DNA from: Candidatus Blackburnbacteria bacterium
GTDB taxonomy: Bacteria; Patescibacteriota; Microgenomatia; UBA8517; UBA10165
Assembly: GCA_016183565.1 (NCBI GenBank)
Contig: JACPEJ010000001.1
Coordinates: 422,479 to 486,478, forward strand
Reading direction: 5' to 3'
Length of the DNA stretch: 64,000 bases
Notes under the pieces: generated by a model
Database searches by the model: none
Seen by the model: the letters and a program-made list of their open reading frames with translations, nothing else
What the model was told of the DNA's origin: nothing
Translations under genes and position numbers: made by a program
Part shown: positions 63,283-64,000 of the stretch, piece by piece
Position numbering within the stretch: the first letter of the stretch is position 1
Layout of the letters: each line of letters starts with the position of its first letter

Positions 63283-64000
63283 GGGAAAAGTCTGTTGGGG
63301 CCTCGATAGAGAAAGGTGGCTTCCCTCACATTTTTTAGTCCAAGCATTTGCATTAGCATCCTGGTTAGTCCAAAGCCATACCCGCCATGCGGTGGCGTCC
63401 CATACTTAAATATGTCTAAATAAAATTTCATTGAATCCAACCTGGCTCCTTTTTCCGTAGCTTGGCTTACTAAGACTTCATGCCTGTGTTCCCTTTGTGC
63501 ACCAGTAGTTATCTCGAGGCCTTTCCAGAGCAGATCAAAACTTCTGGTTAATTTTGGATTGTCCGGATAACGCATGTGGTAAAACGGCCTTAGATTTATC
63601 GGCCAGTCAACCACAAAGACAAATTCATGGCCGTAGTTCCTTTTTGCATACGCTCCGAGAAGCTTTTCTCCTTGTGGATCTAAATCACCTGGTTTGGTGT
63701 CAGGGGGAGGAGTATGACCAAGTTCGTCTTTCAAAATCCTTTGTGCATCCTCCATAGACAACCTAGGAAAAGGTATGGAAGGTACGACAATCTCAGTGTT
63801 ATAGTACTTTCTTATCTGGTCGCCATGCACACCTACGACTCTTTCAAACACAAACTTTAACCATCTTTCCTCGAATGCCATTACATCGTGGTGTGAATTT
63901 ATCCATGCGATTTCAACATCAACACTTGTAAACTCAGTGTCATGTCTTGATGTGAACGACGGATTTGCCCTAAACACTGGTCCTATTTCAAAAACGCGGT
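63279..64000 (-). CDS. aspS: Aspartate--tRNA ligase, C-terminal catalytic part. The N-terminus lies beyond the window end.
   Basis: Motif 2 'FRANPSFTSRHDTEFTSVDVEIAW' matches AspRS 'R..EFTQ.D.E'. Motif 3 is 'HGGYGFGLTRMLMQMLGL...FLYRG'. The ORF is still open at 64000. Confidence 0.6.
   Translation of the reverse strand, partial: RVFEIGPVFRANPSFTSRHDTEFTSVDVEIAWINSHHDVMAFEERWLKFVFERVVGVHGDQIRKYYNTEIVVPSIPFPRLSMEDAQRILKDELGHTPPPDTKPGDLDPQGEKLLGAYAKRNYGHEFVFVVDWPINLRPFYHMRYPDNPKLTRSFDLLWKGLEITTGAQREHRHEVLVSQATEKGARLDSMKFYLDIFKYGTPPHGGYGFGLTRMLMQMLGLKNVREATFLYRGPNRLFP

Overview
This is a 64 kb, AT-rich bacterial chromosomal segment with almost all genes on the + strand. Gene content and style suggest a small-genome Patescibacteria/CPR-like or Gram-positive-like organism, but that is inference. 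It falls into four blocks. (1) 1-23.7 kb is one co-directional cell-surface glycan locus. It holds a Wzx-like flippase, five GT2-like, six GT4 and three or four GT-C (GT39/ArnT-like) membrane glycosyltransferases, an O-antigen-ligase-like protein, a hexapeptide acetyltransferase, a SAM methyltransferase, a PglC-like priming phosphosugar transferase and a DUF4012-like protein. (2) 23.9-50.3 kb holds recO, an IS200/RAYT-type HUH transposase flanked by REP-like palindromes, glyQS, and a division/cell-wall (dcw) cluster: mraZ-rsmH-ftsL-ftsI...murC-murB-murD-murA-murF-mraY-ftsW-murG-ftsQ-ftsA. The dcw cluster is interrupted by a GC-rich island, a HerA/DUF87-like ATPase, an alpha/beta hydrolase, a DegT aminotransferase and a FemAB-like gene. 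murE, ddl and ftsZ are not in the window. (3) 50.3-61.2 kb is a repeat-dense accessory region. It carries five paralogous genes for small Asp/Arg/Ser/Gly-rich low-complexity proteins; four of them lie behind a conserved ~225-nt structured 5' leader. Three are paired with paralogous ~127-aa helical proteins. The region also holds an ECF sigma factor, YjbQ, AT-rich cargo genes (an HExxH peptidase-like and a hydrolase-like gene), a segmentally duplicated promoter plus membrane-protein module, and many compound REP-like palindromes. This is the best candidate for an undescribed system. (4) 61.2-64 kb holds a SAM methyltransferase and convergent asnS and aspS (aspS runs off the window edge). In-frame hexanucleotide microsatellites, (GATACA)n and (GGGAGA)n, sit inside essential genes.
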